A DNA stretch of 64,000 bases from Williopsis jadinii (lineage: Eukaryota). The notes under the pieces were generated by a model, which worked only from the letters and a program-made list of their open reading frames with translations, had not been told where the DNA came from and did not search any database. The stretch's first letter is position 1, and each line of letters opens with the position of its first letter. The DNA is taken from positions 1,116,001 through 1,180,000 of the forward strand of contig AP024665.1 of assembly GCA_024346625.1 (NCBI GenBank), written 5' to 3'. This document shows, piece after piece, positions 53,341-63,700 of this stretch. A program made the position numbers and the translations under genes.

Positions 53341-53620
53341 TAGCCCTAGTATAGTTGATCATGTGACGTTGTGTAGCCTTAGGGCTTTCGGGGCCTTGCG
53401 CATCCATACACCACCCCATGCAAGTGACGACTATGTGTCCCCTACGATTTCCACTCCACACCACAGGTTCTGACGATTTGCACATCCAAACACCACTGGG
53501 TGTTTTCGCAACCGCTGAGATTTCGTGAAACTTTTGACATAAAAACCCGATATTTTTATCTACTTTGGGGAATTTTCCCATCCCACGTAGCGCAAATTGG
53601 CGAAGTTCTTTGCGACGCAA
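53341..53620 (+). promoter_or_regulatory. RPL17 promoter with Tbf1-, Cbf1-, Rap1- and Fhl1-like motifs
   Basis: TAGCCCTA 53341, CATGTGAC 53360, TTAGGGCT 53379, GCATCCATACAC 53400, ACATCCAAACAC 53482 and GACGCAA 53614. Confidence 0.6.
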
Positions 53621-53741
53621 CGCAAAAAAAAAAGACTCAGAGTGCGTGCGTGAAAAAGTTCCAAAACGAAATCTTCAAAAAGTATCAACACAAACCTTTA
53701 ACAACCTTCTGCTACCAAATCAGCACAACACATAGATCAAA

Positions 53742-54296
53742 ATGGTTCGTTACGGCGCCACCTCTACCGACCCAGCTAAGTCTGCCTCTGCTCGCGGTGC
53801 CTACCTCCGTGTTTCCTTCAAGAACACCCGTGAGACTGCTCAAGCCATCAACGGTTGGCCATTGGAGAAGGCTCAAAAGTACCTTGCCCAAGTTACTAAG
53901 CACGAGAGAGCCATCCCATTCAGACGTTTCAACTCTTCCATTGGTCGTACTGCTCAAGGTAAGGAGTTCGGTGTCACCAAGGCTAGATGGCCAGAAAAAT
54001 CTGTCAAGTTCATCCAAGGTTTGTTGACCAACGCTGCTTCCAACGCTGACGCTAAGGGTTTGGACTTGTCAAAGCTGTACATCTCTCACATCCAAGTTAA
54101 CCAAGCTCCAAAGCAAAGAAGAAGAACCTTCAGAGCTCACGGTAGAATTAACGCTTACCAATCTTCTCCATCCCACATTGAGTTGGTTTTGACCGAGAAG
54201 GAGGAGACTGTTGAGAAGGCCTCTGAGAAGACTGTTGCTAGATTGAGCACTAGACAACAAGCTAGATTGGCCTCCCAAAAGAGAATCTCTGCTTAA
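53742..54296 (+). CDS. RPL17: 60S ribosomal protein L17 (uL22), intronless
   Basis: YLRVSFKNTRETAQAING, FRAHGRIN and SSPSHIEL motifs, with extreme codon bias. Confidence 0.97.
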   Translation: MVRYGATSTDPAKSASARGAYLRVSFKNTRETAQAINGWPLEKAQKYLAQVTKHERAIPFRRFNSSIGRTAQGKEFGVTKARWPEKSVKFIQGLLTNAASNADAKGLDLSKLYISHIQVNQAPKQRRRTFRAHGRINAYQSSPSHIELVLTEKEETVEKASEKTVARLSTRQQARLASQKRISA

Positions 54297-54477
54297 ACAC
54301 TTGTGTTGATTTAATGTACAAAAAGAATATCAGGTTTTAAGGTTTTTAATGTGGTGTTTTTCCCCTTGCAGTGTAGTGCTTAGTAAATCAGATTGTACAA
54401 TTACGTCTAGCTATAGGTCCCCTCTACAAAGTGAGTAGTACTTTTCTATGTCTATTAAAGAAAGGCTCATCGAATGT

Positions 54478-55692
54478 TTACTTTGACTCTGCTATACTCC
54501 AGTACTGGTCGATTTCCTTGGAACATGACTGTTTAGCCTCACAGTCTCTGAACACGACGACAAAGTCACCCTTTGAGTAATGTATATCATCGTTGACTGC
54601 TATATCGGAGTCCAAACCAGCAATAGTTCTTGGTGGCACAATTGCAGTATGTGCTAAGAACTTTGGATGCCACTGGAGAATGTGTGTCAATGCAGACTCG
54701 GCAAGTCTTGGGAAGTTGTGATAAGACTTAAAGGTCTCATCGTTCCAAAACTCAACCAATGCTTTTGATAAGAATGTGTTCTTTAAGATGAACGAGTCGG
54801 TGTTAATATCCTGACCGGCTTGTGTTACGACAAGGTCAACGTCTGCTGAGTCGGTATTCTTAAAGGTGCGGATGACTCCATTTGGTGGGACTATAGGTTG
54901 ATTTCTTAGCATGATTGGGTCCAAAACCTTTGGATTAAGGAGGTACTTCACCATATCAATGTCGTAACGCATGATCATCGCCTCTTCGTTCAAGTACCAA
55001 AAGTACTTTGCGTTAGGGAACGCATACATTGCTGCTCTCAACGCGTAAAGCTTTGCCCAGTCGTACTTAGCATTGTGCACTGAGAGCATTGGTAGGAACT
55101 CCTGCGTCCAACGCACATAGATACCATAGTTATGCTTCTGAGCATAGTTGACCCTGTTTTGAACAATCTTTATGAGCTGGGTCTGTTCATACTTCTCGAA
55201 ATCAACGAGAGTGACGACAACAACGTCTGGAGACGATGATCCCGTGTATTTGAGTTTGCCGTGTTCCAAAAACGACTTCTTCACGTGCAGCAGCTGTGAT
55301 GTGGAGTCATCTGACTCAAACTTACGGTTCAAGCTGGCCTCTGAATCCTCAGTCGCAGCCTCGGTCATGAGATAGAGCTTCTTGCCTTGCGCATCAACCT
55401 TCGTGTTGAACAGGGCATCAACCCCCATCTCCCTAAGCAGAGGAGCATGCTCGATCGAGGGAAAGATCAGCGCGTTCTTCACCGGGATGTCGTTTGCATA
55501 GTAACTATGGAGCTTGGTGGACACATCGGTGGCACCCGTTGTTCTGGCCTTGGAGAACGAAGTGTTCACTATAAGAACAACAACAACAACGAGAAACACA
55601 ACTATCGCCGACAGCTTCGTCGCGTTCCTCTTCAGCTTAACAACAAACGAGTTGTTCTGCGGCTTGAACTTGTTGTTGTAGGCCAGTTGCAT
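54478..55692 (-). CDS. MNN11: Golgi alpha-1,6-mannosyltransferase subunit (GT34)
   Basis: Type II TM segment, plus KIVQNRVNYAQKHNYG, RAAMYAFPNAKYFWYL and THILQWHP motifs. Confidence 0.9.
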   Translation of the reverse strand: MQLAYNNKFKPQNNSFVVKLKRNATKLSAIVVFLVVVVVLIVNTSFSKARTTGATDVSTKLHSYYANDIPVKNALIFPSIEHAPLLREMGVDALFNTKVDAQGKKLYLMTEAATEDSEASLNRKFESDDSTSQLLHVKKSFLEHGKLKYTGSSSPDVVVVTLVDFEKYEQTQLIKIVQNRVNYAQKHNYGIYVRWTQEFLPMLSVHNAKYDWAKLYALRAAMYAFPNAKYFWYLNEEAMIMRYDIDMVKYLLNPKVLDPIMLRNQPIVPPNGVIRTFKNTDSADVDLVVTQAGQDINTDSFILKNTFLSKALVEFWNDETFKSYHNFPRLAESALTHILQWHPKFLAHTAIVPPRTIAGLDSDIAVNDDIHYSKGDFVVVFRDCEAKQSCSKEIDQYWSIAESK

Positions 55693-56054
55693 ACTTCACA
55701 GTGCTGTTTCCCTGTCCGTGTTCCCTATGTGAACCAATACCGCCCAGCACAACAGAGACGAAAGGGCTACGGTGGAGGGCCTTGTGGTTTTTCTGGTAGT
55801 TTTCGTCCCTTCTTCAACTCACAGGGCCTCGGGTGTTGCGCGTACCGAGAGGACAACACCCATACACCACGCTAATTAGCTATGGTGATGGAGCTTGACT
55901 ATGATGAAGACACGGGGGGTCTTGTCTCTTCAGTGTGAAGGTATAGCTATGTCTACGTGCACTACTGGCGTGGTGTTCTGTGGATGTGTTGTTGTTGACT
56001 TCTAGCATAACTTTGGCGTGTGTCGTCTCCCCGTGGTGCTGGATCAACTCCGTC

Positions 56055-56387
56055 TCAGTCCTCATCGGCTCCATCCAGCAGCTGCTTCTCCAGCTCCTCT
56101 GCTTCCTGTTCTTTAGTGATGCCGTCACCCTTGCTAGAGGCCTCCTGTTGCATTCTCCTCGTCAGGAACTCGTTGATATCGTCTTGTAGTCTCGTAACCT
56201 GGCACCTCAGCAGGCCCATCGCACTGTCCTTGGCCTCTGAGGGCTTGTCCCTGTCCGTGGCTCCCTTGGACATCACAAACTCGGAGGGGCCGGTGGTTTT
56301 ACCCTCGGTCGTCAATTCGTCTCGTGGAACATCCGTCGTGAACTCGTGTTGCAGTCCGTTTGTCTTGTAAACAGCAGATGGTGGCAT
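56055..56387 (-). CDS. GON7: EKC/KEOPS subunit Gon7
   Basis: GKTTGPSEFV...DRDKPS and LQDDINEFLTRRM motifs, adjacent to MNN11. Confidence 0.88.
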   Translation of the reverse strand: MPPSAVYKTNGLQHEFTTDVPRDELTTEGKTTGPSEFVMSKGATDRDKPSEAKDSAMGLLRCQVTRLQDDINEFLTRRMQQEASSKGDGITKEQEAEELEKQLLDGADED

Positions 56388-56412
56388 GGCTGCGCTAATC
56401 GAGTCTGTGTTG

Positions 56413-56480
56413 CTGGCTCTCTCTCTCTTTCTCTGCCTGGCTCTCTCTCTCTTTCTCTGCCTGGCTCCCTGCCTGGCTCC
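56413..56480. repeat. CT-rich tandem repeat (CTGGCTCTCTCTCTCTTTCTCTGC x2 plus CTGGCTCC units)
   Basis: Lies in the GON7/eIF3m divergent promoter, just upstream of the GON7 ATG. Confidence 0.8.
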
Positions 56481-56704
56481 GTCTGTCTTTCCGCGCTGCT
56501 CACGGGGCTCCTGCCTGGGCCATCGCTTGCTTGGGCGTGGAAAGTCGCGGGCCCCAGCCCAGAGATCGCAGTTACCCTCCCTGACCGTCGTTGATAAAAT
56601 TTTCCAGCGTACAAATGTCCACCAAAATTTTGTCCGAAAGCTTGTACTGCGAAGGAAAGGAACAGGCAGAAGGAGGGGAAATAGTTGAGGACATTCACTA
56701 CACG

Positions 56705-57898
56705 ATGACTTCTACGGCTGCTGTTGATGGAACACTCCACGAGTGTGTTTTGGAGTACTCCGCTGTGTTGGACCACTTTGCTGGGAACAAGGAGTTCAGC
56801 GAGAAGGTTTCTGCGTATGCCACGGAAACCGCTCAAGATGACCAGAGCGATGAGGAGGAGGAACAAGAAGCTGTACAGTACTCTGACGATTTGTTCGGTG
56901 CAATTGCAGAGAGTGCGCTGCTTTTGAACAAAGTGAACGACCGTGAATTCGAAGACGTTGCCAACTTGGCGGTTTACATCCTTTCCCTAGGCGATGATTC
57001 AGATGCCCGTGTCGAGAAACTAGTCACTGATCTCATCTCTCTACAAGATCTACAGGAGAAGCTTGTCAAGAACAAGAAGAAGACCATCAAGGTGTTGAGT
57101 ATCATCTCGGTGCTGTCAAATGTTTTCAACACGTTTGATTCCGCAAGCTTACAAAAGACTGTGCTTGCCCAGATCCTTCAACTCGTTGAAGTGTTGGACA
57201 ATGTGTCCCTGTTGCAGCCTTTTGTTTCAAACATCGAGACCATTCTTCTCGCCAAGTCATCTGATGAATCCGTAAGAGAAATCGTCTTGAAAACTGCACA
57301 ACTCATCCAATCTGAAGATCCACTCGGGAGTTTGAAATTGCAGTACTTTTCATTGACCAAGATTGAGGCCCCAACACAAGAGTTGGCCAACAATTACATC
57401 GTCAACTCCTTGAACACTCCTTCTGCATTGGACTTGAGCAGCGTTATTGGCTCCGAAGTGATCTCTAACCTGGCTTCCAAGGAGCTCTTGGACTACACAA
57501 ATGCATACCTATATACTAAACACGATGAGTTTATCCAATCCAAGGCTCCAGAGTCTGTTGACACCGATATCGTCACCAAGAAGAACCAATACCTCACCCT
57601 CCTACAAATTGCATCCGGAAGGGAATCGCTCTCCTACAAGACCATTGCATCCGAGGTTGGTCTCGAAGAGGCCGATGTTGAGCTATTCTTGATCAACGCA
57701 ATCAAGCTCAAGATCATCGAAGGTAAGATCTCGCAGCTGGAGAACACCTTCCTCGTCTACAAAGTCAAACTAGTGGTGAAGAAGATCGAGTCCAGCGACT
57801 GGAAACAGATCAAAGAGACTCTGACCAATTACAAGAACAGTCTCAAAGAGGTTAAGCAATTGATCGACCAAGTGCAAAATAGAAGATCAAAGAACTGA
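56705..57898 (+). CDS. PCI-domain protein, eIF3 subunit M (alternative start 56615)
   Basis: C-terminal PCI domain LSYKTIASEVGLEEADVELFLINAIKLKIIEGKISQLENTFLV, followed by a WKQI...L helix typical of eIF3m. Confidence 0.75.
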   Translation: MTSTAAVDGTLHECVLEYSAVLDHFAGNKEFSEKVSAYATETAQDDQSDEEEEQEAVQYSDDLFGAIAESALLLNKVNDREFEDVANLAVYILSLGDDSDARVEKLVTDLISLQDLQEKLVKNKKKTIKVLSIISVLSNVFNTFDSASLQKTVLAQILQLVEVLDNVSLLQPFVSNIETILLAKSSDESVREIVLKTAQLIQSEDPLGSLKLQYFSLTKIEAPTQELANNYIVNSLNTPSALDLSSVIGSEVISNLASKELLDYTNAYLYTKHDEFIQSKAPESVDTDIVTKKNQYLTLLQIASGRESLSYKTIASEVGLEEADVELFLINAIKLKIIEGKISQLENTFLVYKVKLVVKKIESSDWKQIKETLTNYKNSLKEVKQLIDQVQNRRSKN

Positions 57899-58176
57899 TG
57901 TTTTCGTTCTATGTATACTAGTTTTCTTCAAAATAGCTTGAATTAAAGAACCATTTGCGTAGTTTGCCCTGTTCTTCGTGCCCATGGAGGCAGTGGGAAA
58001 TTAGGCAGAGACCCAGCCCGGGGAGGTGCAGAGGGTGGGAGGACACACAATGAAAATAAGGGGACAGGTCACCAGCCAACAACCAACAACTCGTGAACAG
58101 TACCACCAAAACTGAAAGAGCAGCTGAGCTGAGGAGGAATTGGAGACTGACAACGTGAACAACAGTGTACGCCGCT

Positions 58177-60255
58177 ATGTCTATGAGCTCTACGTTTGCG
58201 AAAGCGCTTGATTCATGGGGAATTGTTCAACTGCCAACGGTCCAGCGTAATCTGGACGTTAGTGTTGAAGAGGTGACGGCTGCCCAGGAATCGACATTGG
58301 AGTCCAGAAAGCACCTTGCGGCTAGAACGAAGGAGTTCAGGAAGCTGAGCGACGATGAGAAGCTGGGTGCGTTCAAATCTCTGTTGAAATTGTACCAGAG
58401 TGAGGTCGATGCGCTGACCAACCGTGCGAAGAAGAGTGAAAATGCGCTGTTTGAATGCTATAGGGCCATTGGTGAGGTTCCTGATCCAAAGCCATTGCTA
58501 GAGGCATCTCTGGATTCTGTCCTGGTTGCCTCTGAAGTAGAAGAGCTGAAAAGGGAGAACGAGAAGCTGAAAGAGGAGAGTCTCAAGTATTCGGACTATG
58601 AACAACTACAATCAAAGGTTGTCAGGCTAGGTCAGCAAAACGCCGAACAGCTAGCCAACAAGCTCAAGTTGAAAGAAGAGGAGATGAACAGTGTGTTTGC
58701 AGAGAAAGAGCTACAATGGCAGGAGAAGGCCAACGCGATGCAGCAGAGCATCACGAGTCTTCAGAAAGAAGTTGTTGAGTTGAAGGCACAGTCCAAAGTG
58801 GATAAATTGAAATTGAGGAACCAGAGAATCGCTCTTGGTGGAGCTGCTGCTGCTGGTGATGATGGTGCTGACGATGATGGTAACTATGACGAGAACGACG
58901 TTGATGCTTCTGCTTTAGTGTCCGCAGATGCGAAGGAATTGGAGGCATTGAAGCATGAGACTGTTATCAAGGATAAGCGTATCTTGAACTTGGAGAAGCG
59001 TAACGAGGATTTGACGAAGAAACTTAGTGTGGCGAAGTCTGAAATTGAGCAACAAGAGCGTAAGATGGCAATGGAGCTCAAGTTGGCAGATTTCGAACGT
59101 GAAAATGCCACATTGGTTGCAAGAGTTGATCACAAGCAACATCAATATGACAGTTTAACAAAGACCAGTGGTCAAAAGATACAATCCTTACAATCCCAAA
59201 TTGGTAAATTACAGGATGAATTCAAAGCACTCAATCAGAAGATGGGCTCCATGTCTGATTATGACCAATTGAAGAGAGAAGTCATCACTCTTCGGGCCAT
59301 TCAATTCGGTGAAGATGAAGATGACGATGATGAAGATGTTGATGAAGCTGATCCTGTTAAATCGACGCATCAATTGGATGAAATCTTAGCTGCTCGAAAC
59401 AAGAAGTTGACTGCTGAGGTTGCAGACTTCAGATCACGCTATGATTCTTTAAACGATACCATTGCCCAACTGAAATCACAAGTCGATGCACAGAGCAAGG
59501 AGATGGAACGTTTGAAATCGCTCAACTCACAGCTGGAGGACGATTTGCTTTCGTTGCAATCTAGCAATGGCAGCAAATATAACGATACAGCATCAATGAT
59601 CTCCGGTGTGACACGTAATACATCGATGACACACACGCACAAATCCAGTGCCCGTCGTACTCTATCACCAGCATCTTCAATTGCTGGTGGTATTATCTAT
59701 GAGGAAGAGGGCCAACAACAGCAACAGCAGTCTTCATCCAGCGTGTTGCCAATCATCACTGCACAAAGAGATCGTTTCAGATCCAGAAATGCTGAGTTGG
59801 AGACACAGTTGAAGAAGCAGACTGAAGTTGTGAACGACTTACGATCCAAGATTTCGAAACTACAAAAGGATAACACTGACCTGTTTGAAAAGACACGTTA
59901 CTTGAGCTCATTCAAAGGCTCTGTGAACCGTGGAGAAGACGTCGAATCCCAACAAGCGTCCAACTACTCATCAAACTACGAGGAACAACTCCACCCACTG
60001 GCCAGATTCCGTGCTCGTGAGGAGCAGCGTGCACTTTCACGTCTCTCTCCTCTGGAGAGAATCTTCATTTCGTTTGCCAAAGCAGTCTTAGCAAACAAGA
60101 CCTCCAGAATGTGCTTCTTCGGCTACATCTCTGGCTTGCACTGCTTAGTCGCACTGATGATGTGGTACTTGATGGGACTGCATGGAGTGAACGTTGCACG
60201 TGTAGGCCATGAGACCACCACTACGACAACCATGGGAGGCTCCAGCATTCATTGA
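58177..60255 (+). CDS. COY1: Golgi CASP protein Coy1
   Basis: SRKHLAARTKEFRKL, LLKLYQSEVDALT, LPIITAQRDRFR and DNTDLFEKTRYL motifs, with a C-terminal TM containing Y...LH. Confidence 0.93.
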   Translation: MSMSSTFAKALDSWGIVQLPTVQRNLDVSVEEVTAAQESTLESRKHLAARTKEFRKLSDDEKLGAFKSLLKLYQSEVDALTNRAKKSENALFECYRAIGEVPDPKPLLEASLDSVLVASEVEELKRENEKLKEESLKYSDYEQLQSKVVRLGQQNAEQLANKLKLKEEEMNSVFAEKELQWQEKANAMQQSITSLQKEVVELKAQSKVDKLKLRNQRIALGGAAAAGDDGADDDGNYDENDVDASALVSADAKELEALKHETVIKDKRILNLEKRNEDLTKKLSVAKSEIEQQERKMAMELKLADFERENATLVARVDHKQHQYDSLTKTSGQKIQSLQSQIGKLQDEFKALNQKMGSMSDYDQLKREVITLRAIQFGEDEDDDDEDVDEADPVKSTHQLDEILAARNKKLTAEVADFRSRYDSLNDTIAQLKSQVDAQSKEMERLKSLNSQLEDDLLSLQSSNGSKYNDTASMISGVTRNTSMTHTHKSSARRTLSPASSIAGGIIYEEEGQQQQQQSSSSVLPIITAQRDRFRSRNAELETQLKKQTEVVNDLRSKISKLQKDNTDLFEKTRYLSSFKGSVNRGEDVESQQASNYSSNYEEQLHPLARFRAREEQRALSRLSPLERIFISFAKAVLANKTSRMCFFGYISGLHCLVALMMWYLMGLHGVNVARVGHETTTTTTMGGSSIH

Positions 60256-60312
60256 TCCAGCGCTTTACATGAACTTTTATGTATGTCCTTCGAATACATG
60301 TGACTATATCTC

Positions 60313-60382
60313 TACACTGTAGATCATACACTGCAAATCCTACACTGTAAATCCCACATTGTAGATCTCATACTGTAGATCT
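60313..60382. repeat. 14-bp minisatellite, 5 degenerate copies (TACACTGTARATCY)
   Basis: tacactgtagatca, tacactgcaaatcc, tacactgtaaatcc, cacattgtagatct, catactgtagatct. Confidence 0.85.
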
Positions 60383-60707
60383 CAAACCCGAAGATTGAGC
60401 TGCATCGGAGTGAGATCTAAGCAGCAGCTTGTTGTGTCGTCGATCTCTGGCAGCCCATCCATCGGTCTGGTTGCCTTGCTTTGTAACATCTACACCGTCG
60501 GGTTCGGCACATCTCGGCCTACCTGGGCGATCAGGAGAGAAGGTACGTGCGGCTGAGCCAAACTTTGCCACAAACACAACAACAACATCAACAACATCAA
60601 CATCGGTAACTTCCGCTTGAACTTGCTTCCAAAACACCAGTGACGGCGCCAAGTTGATGGTCTAAGTTCTTGTTCCTTCCCTCTGGTTTGATCCTGTTGG
60701 TATTCAC

Positions 60708-63700
60708 ATGACGGCTCGTACTACTTTGGGGACTGATGGCGGTGTTGAGCCCGCGACGAGGAGAGATGGTCGTTTGGAGTTGAATATGTCTCCAACAACT
60801 TCGACGGGTTCCTCAACAGCCAGGACATCCCAGTCAGAGGAGGCGAATGAGATTAAGATACCTCCACACTCTTTCACTGCGAGCAGGTTTTTGTATGCCG
60901 ATGCCAATGAGATTAGCGCGTCGTCTACTGTTGTGTTGCTAGGGGAGATTCCTTGGACCTGGTACAAGGAGCAGCATAACCATTTGGCGTCGAACTATCA
61001 GAATGAGTCGCCTGAGGTGAATGCACTCTACTCGCATGGGAACGAGGAAGAAAGCTCGTCTTATAAGAAGGATGAGAAACTGAATAAGCTCCTGGAGAGC
61101 TATTACGATGCAGAGGCTGGTGAACAGAGCAGCGGCTCTGATTATGAGGATGAGGATGAGGATGAGAACAACCAAGTAGAGGATGACGCTGGTGATGCCG
61201 ACGCCGACATCGATGTCGATGTTGATCTCCACCCTGACAGTTATACTGGTTCCAAGCGTAACAGCGAACCCTGTGACTGGGACCATGATGACCATGATGA
61301 CCATGACGTTTTTAGTGTTCCCAGTATGGCCAATACGAGGAGTTCCAGGAGAAGCTCTATTCTGCGTAAACTGAAAATTCAACAGGAAAGGCCTGTTCCA
61401 GATATATCGGTTGAGACATTCTCACCTGAAATGGCCATACCTCTGCATGAAATGCCAAACCCACCTGCCATTCCGGGCTCAAGATCACAAGCTGGAGATA
61501 CTGGCACTGGTTCTCGTGTTGGTACAGAAGTTGAAAGTTTCCATACTGCTTTTGAGAATCCATCTGACAACGTTGCTCCTAAAGACTATTCTCCAATAGT
61601 TGCAAATGAATCATCTCCAAAGTCGTCTGATACCGTCCTCGCCAACACGACTCCAAGTACAGGTTTGGATGCAGACGGCCTGTTACTGACACCACAAGTG
61701 ACTACCTATTCAACTACTTCAAAGGTTAGGTTTGACGATGATAATCTACAAAAGCACATGACCAGAGCCTCCATTAAGTCAAGAATATCTCAGTTAAGGC
61801 CTACGCCTACTGAAGTCAGTCTTGAGCCGGAAACCGTCAATGAATATGAACATAGATTCCAGAAATTGTTTTCTGCTGCTAGCCACACAAAACATATGAT
61901 TAAAAAGGATATCCAAAAGAGTCATGGGCTGCTCTATAAGAGATTCTACGCAAGTTTCAAACCTGGCGAAATAATGAAGGCTGAAAAGATGTTGGTTCTT
62001 GTGAAAACCATTGAAAACGCCAGTAGAAATACAAGGTTTGAAACATTCACTGAACAAGAACCTTGTGATACGAGAATCTATGACCGTTGGAAGGAGTACA
62101 TGGTTATTGCGAGGTCGACTGGTAATCCTCAACAGCCCATTATCCTTCAATTTCGCACCAAAAGAACCGTTGTAAATTCTGATTCTTCAAACTCCAGTTA
62201 TGAAGCACTGAGTGTTACATTGTCTAAGTCTTGCATCGTGAACTTTTACAGTGCATTGGATAGAACCATTGCATTGGTAAAAGGTGACAAGGTCTATATT
62301 CTTAGGTGTCAAGTGCCTAGCTCTTCTATTCGATGGCTCAGCTTCTTATCATCCGCAACAGGAGGAAATATTTCCAATATTGTGAAACTAAGCATTCCAT
62401 CATTCAACATGGCATTGAATATCAACGTCAATAGAGATTTCTTTCGTAAATTTCTGAAACATTCCCATTCTGGTTTGAAGTTGATTTACACTTCGGACGG
62501 TTATATCATCCAGGGTCTTCCCGCAGTTGAATACTTGAGTAAGAAGATTAAAAAGAAGTTGATTCAAGCAGGTTTGGAGAGTAAGATCAAACCATTTGCA
62601 CACAAACCTAACGCATATGGCCTCTGTTGGAGGTACTATGATCGACTTGAATGGCTCTTTGGGGAAACCCTCATAAACTTGTTCTGGGAACAGGCAATGT
62701 ATCGTACCCATGAGCTTGAGCTGAGGGCAATAACGCATTACCCAAGAACAGTGGATGATCCTCAAGGTAAGATTTTACACGAACAGCCTCCTTTAGAGGG
62801 ATTCCTCTTAAGATTGACAACAAAAGAAGGGCAGTTAAAAAGAGGGCCATTGCATAAACAAGTTTTCACTTTTGAGTATTTCTTCACAAGTGGCCATCTG
62901 TTATTCTTCAAATCCGCTTACAAGTCATTCCCACCTCTCCCATATTCAGAGAATTTGATGACAAGAACGGATTTACCCGCACAATCACCAATTTTAGAAG
63001 AGATCAAAAGTAATCTCGTTCCTATCTTCACACACAACCCATACACTCTTGATGAAAATAACCATATTGAGTGGCTCAATCCAAATATCTCACCACAAGA
63101 GTTCAAAATGAGGGACAGATTTGCCTTTGCTGCTTTCAAGAGGCGTATTACTTCAATTTCCAATGCATCAAAGGTCTTAAACTTAACCGATGTTCAGTCT
63201 GTTGGTGTATTCGATCCTGTGGATATACCTAAATCTGTTGAAGTAGCAAGCTCTTTCTATTGGGGGTCATCGGATGATCAGAAGAATATCTTGCATCTGG
63301 AAAGAAGTGATACTTATTTCTATATCTCGCTCAAAAATGGTTCAAGAATGGTTTTGAAAGCACCCTCCGTTCAAGTAAGAGATGAATGGGTTCATCGGTT
63401 ACAATACCATGTGAAGTACTGGAGTTTACGGATTCACAAAGATCATCAACTTATCAAAAGCATGAAAGAAACAAATATCGAAAACCTACACATGGACGAG
63501 TTTGCTGAAACTGATACATTTGCATTTGATACAAGATGGGAAAAGAACAATGGGACTTCCAGCACTGAGGTTTATAACGTCACGTCGCTTGCGATGTTTC
63601 GCCCTGTATCATTCTCCGGCTACATCTATCAGAAACCGAAAAAGCATTCAAAGTTCAAAAAGTACTTTGCAACGCTAATCCCAGGTCATCTCATCTTGTT

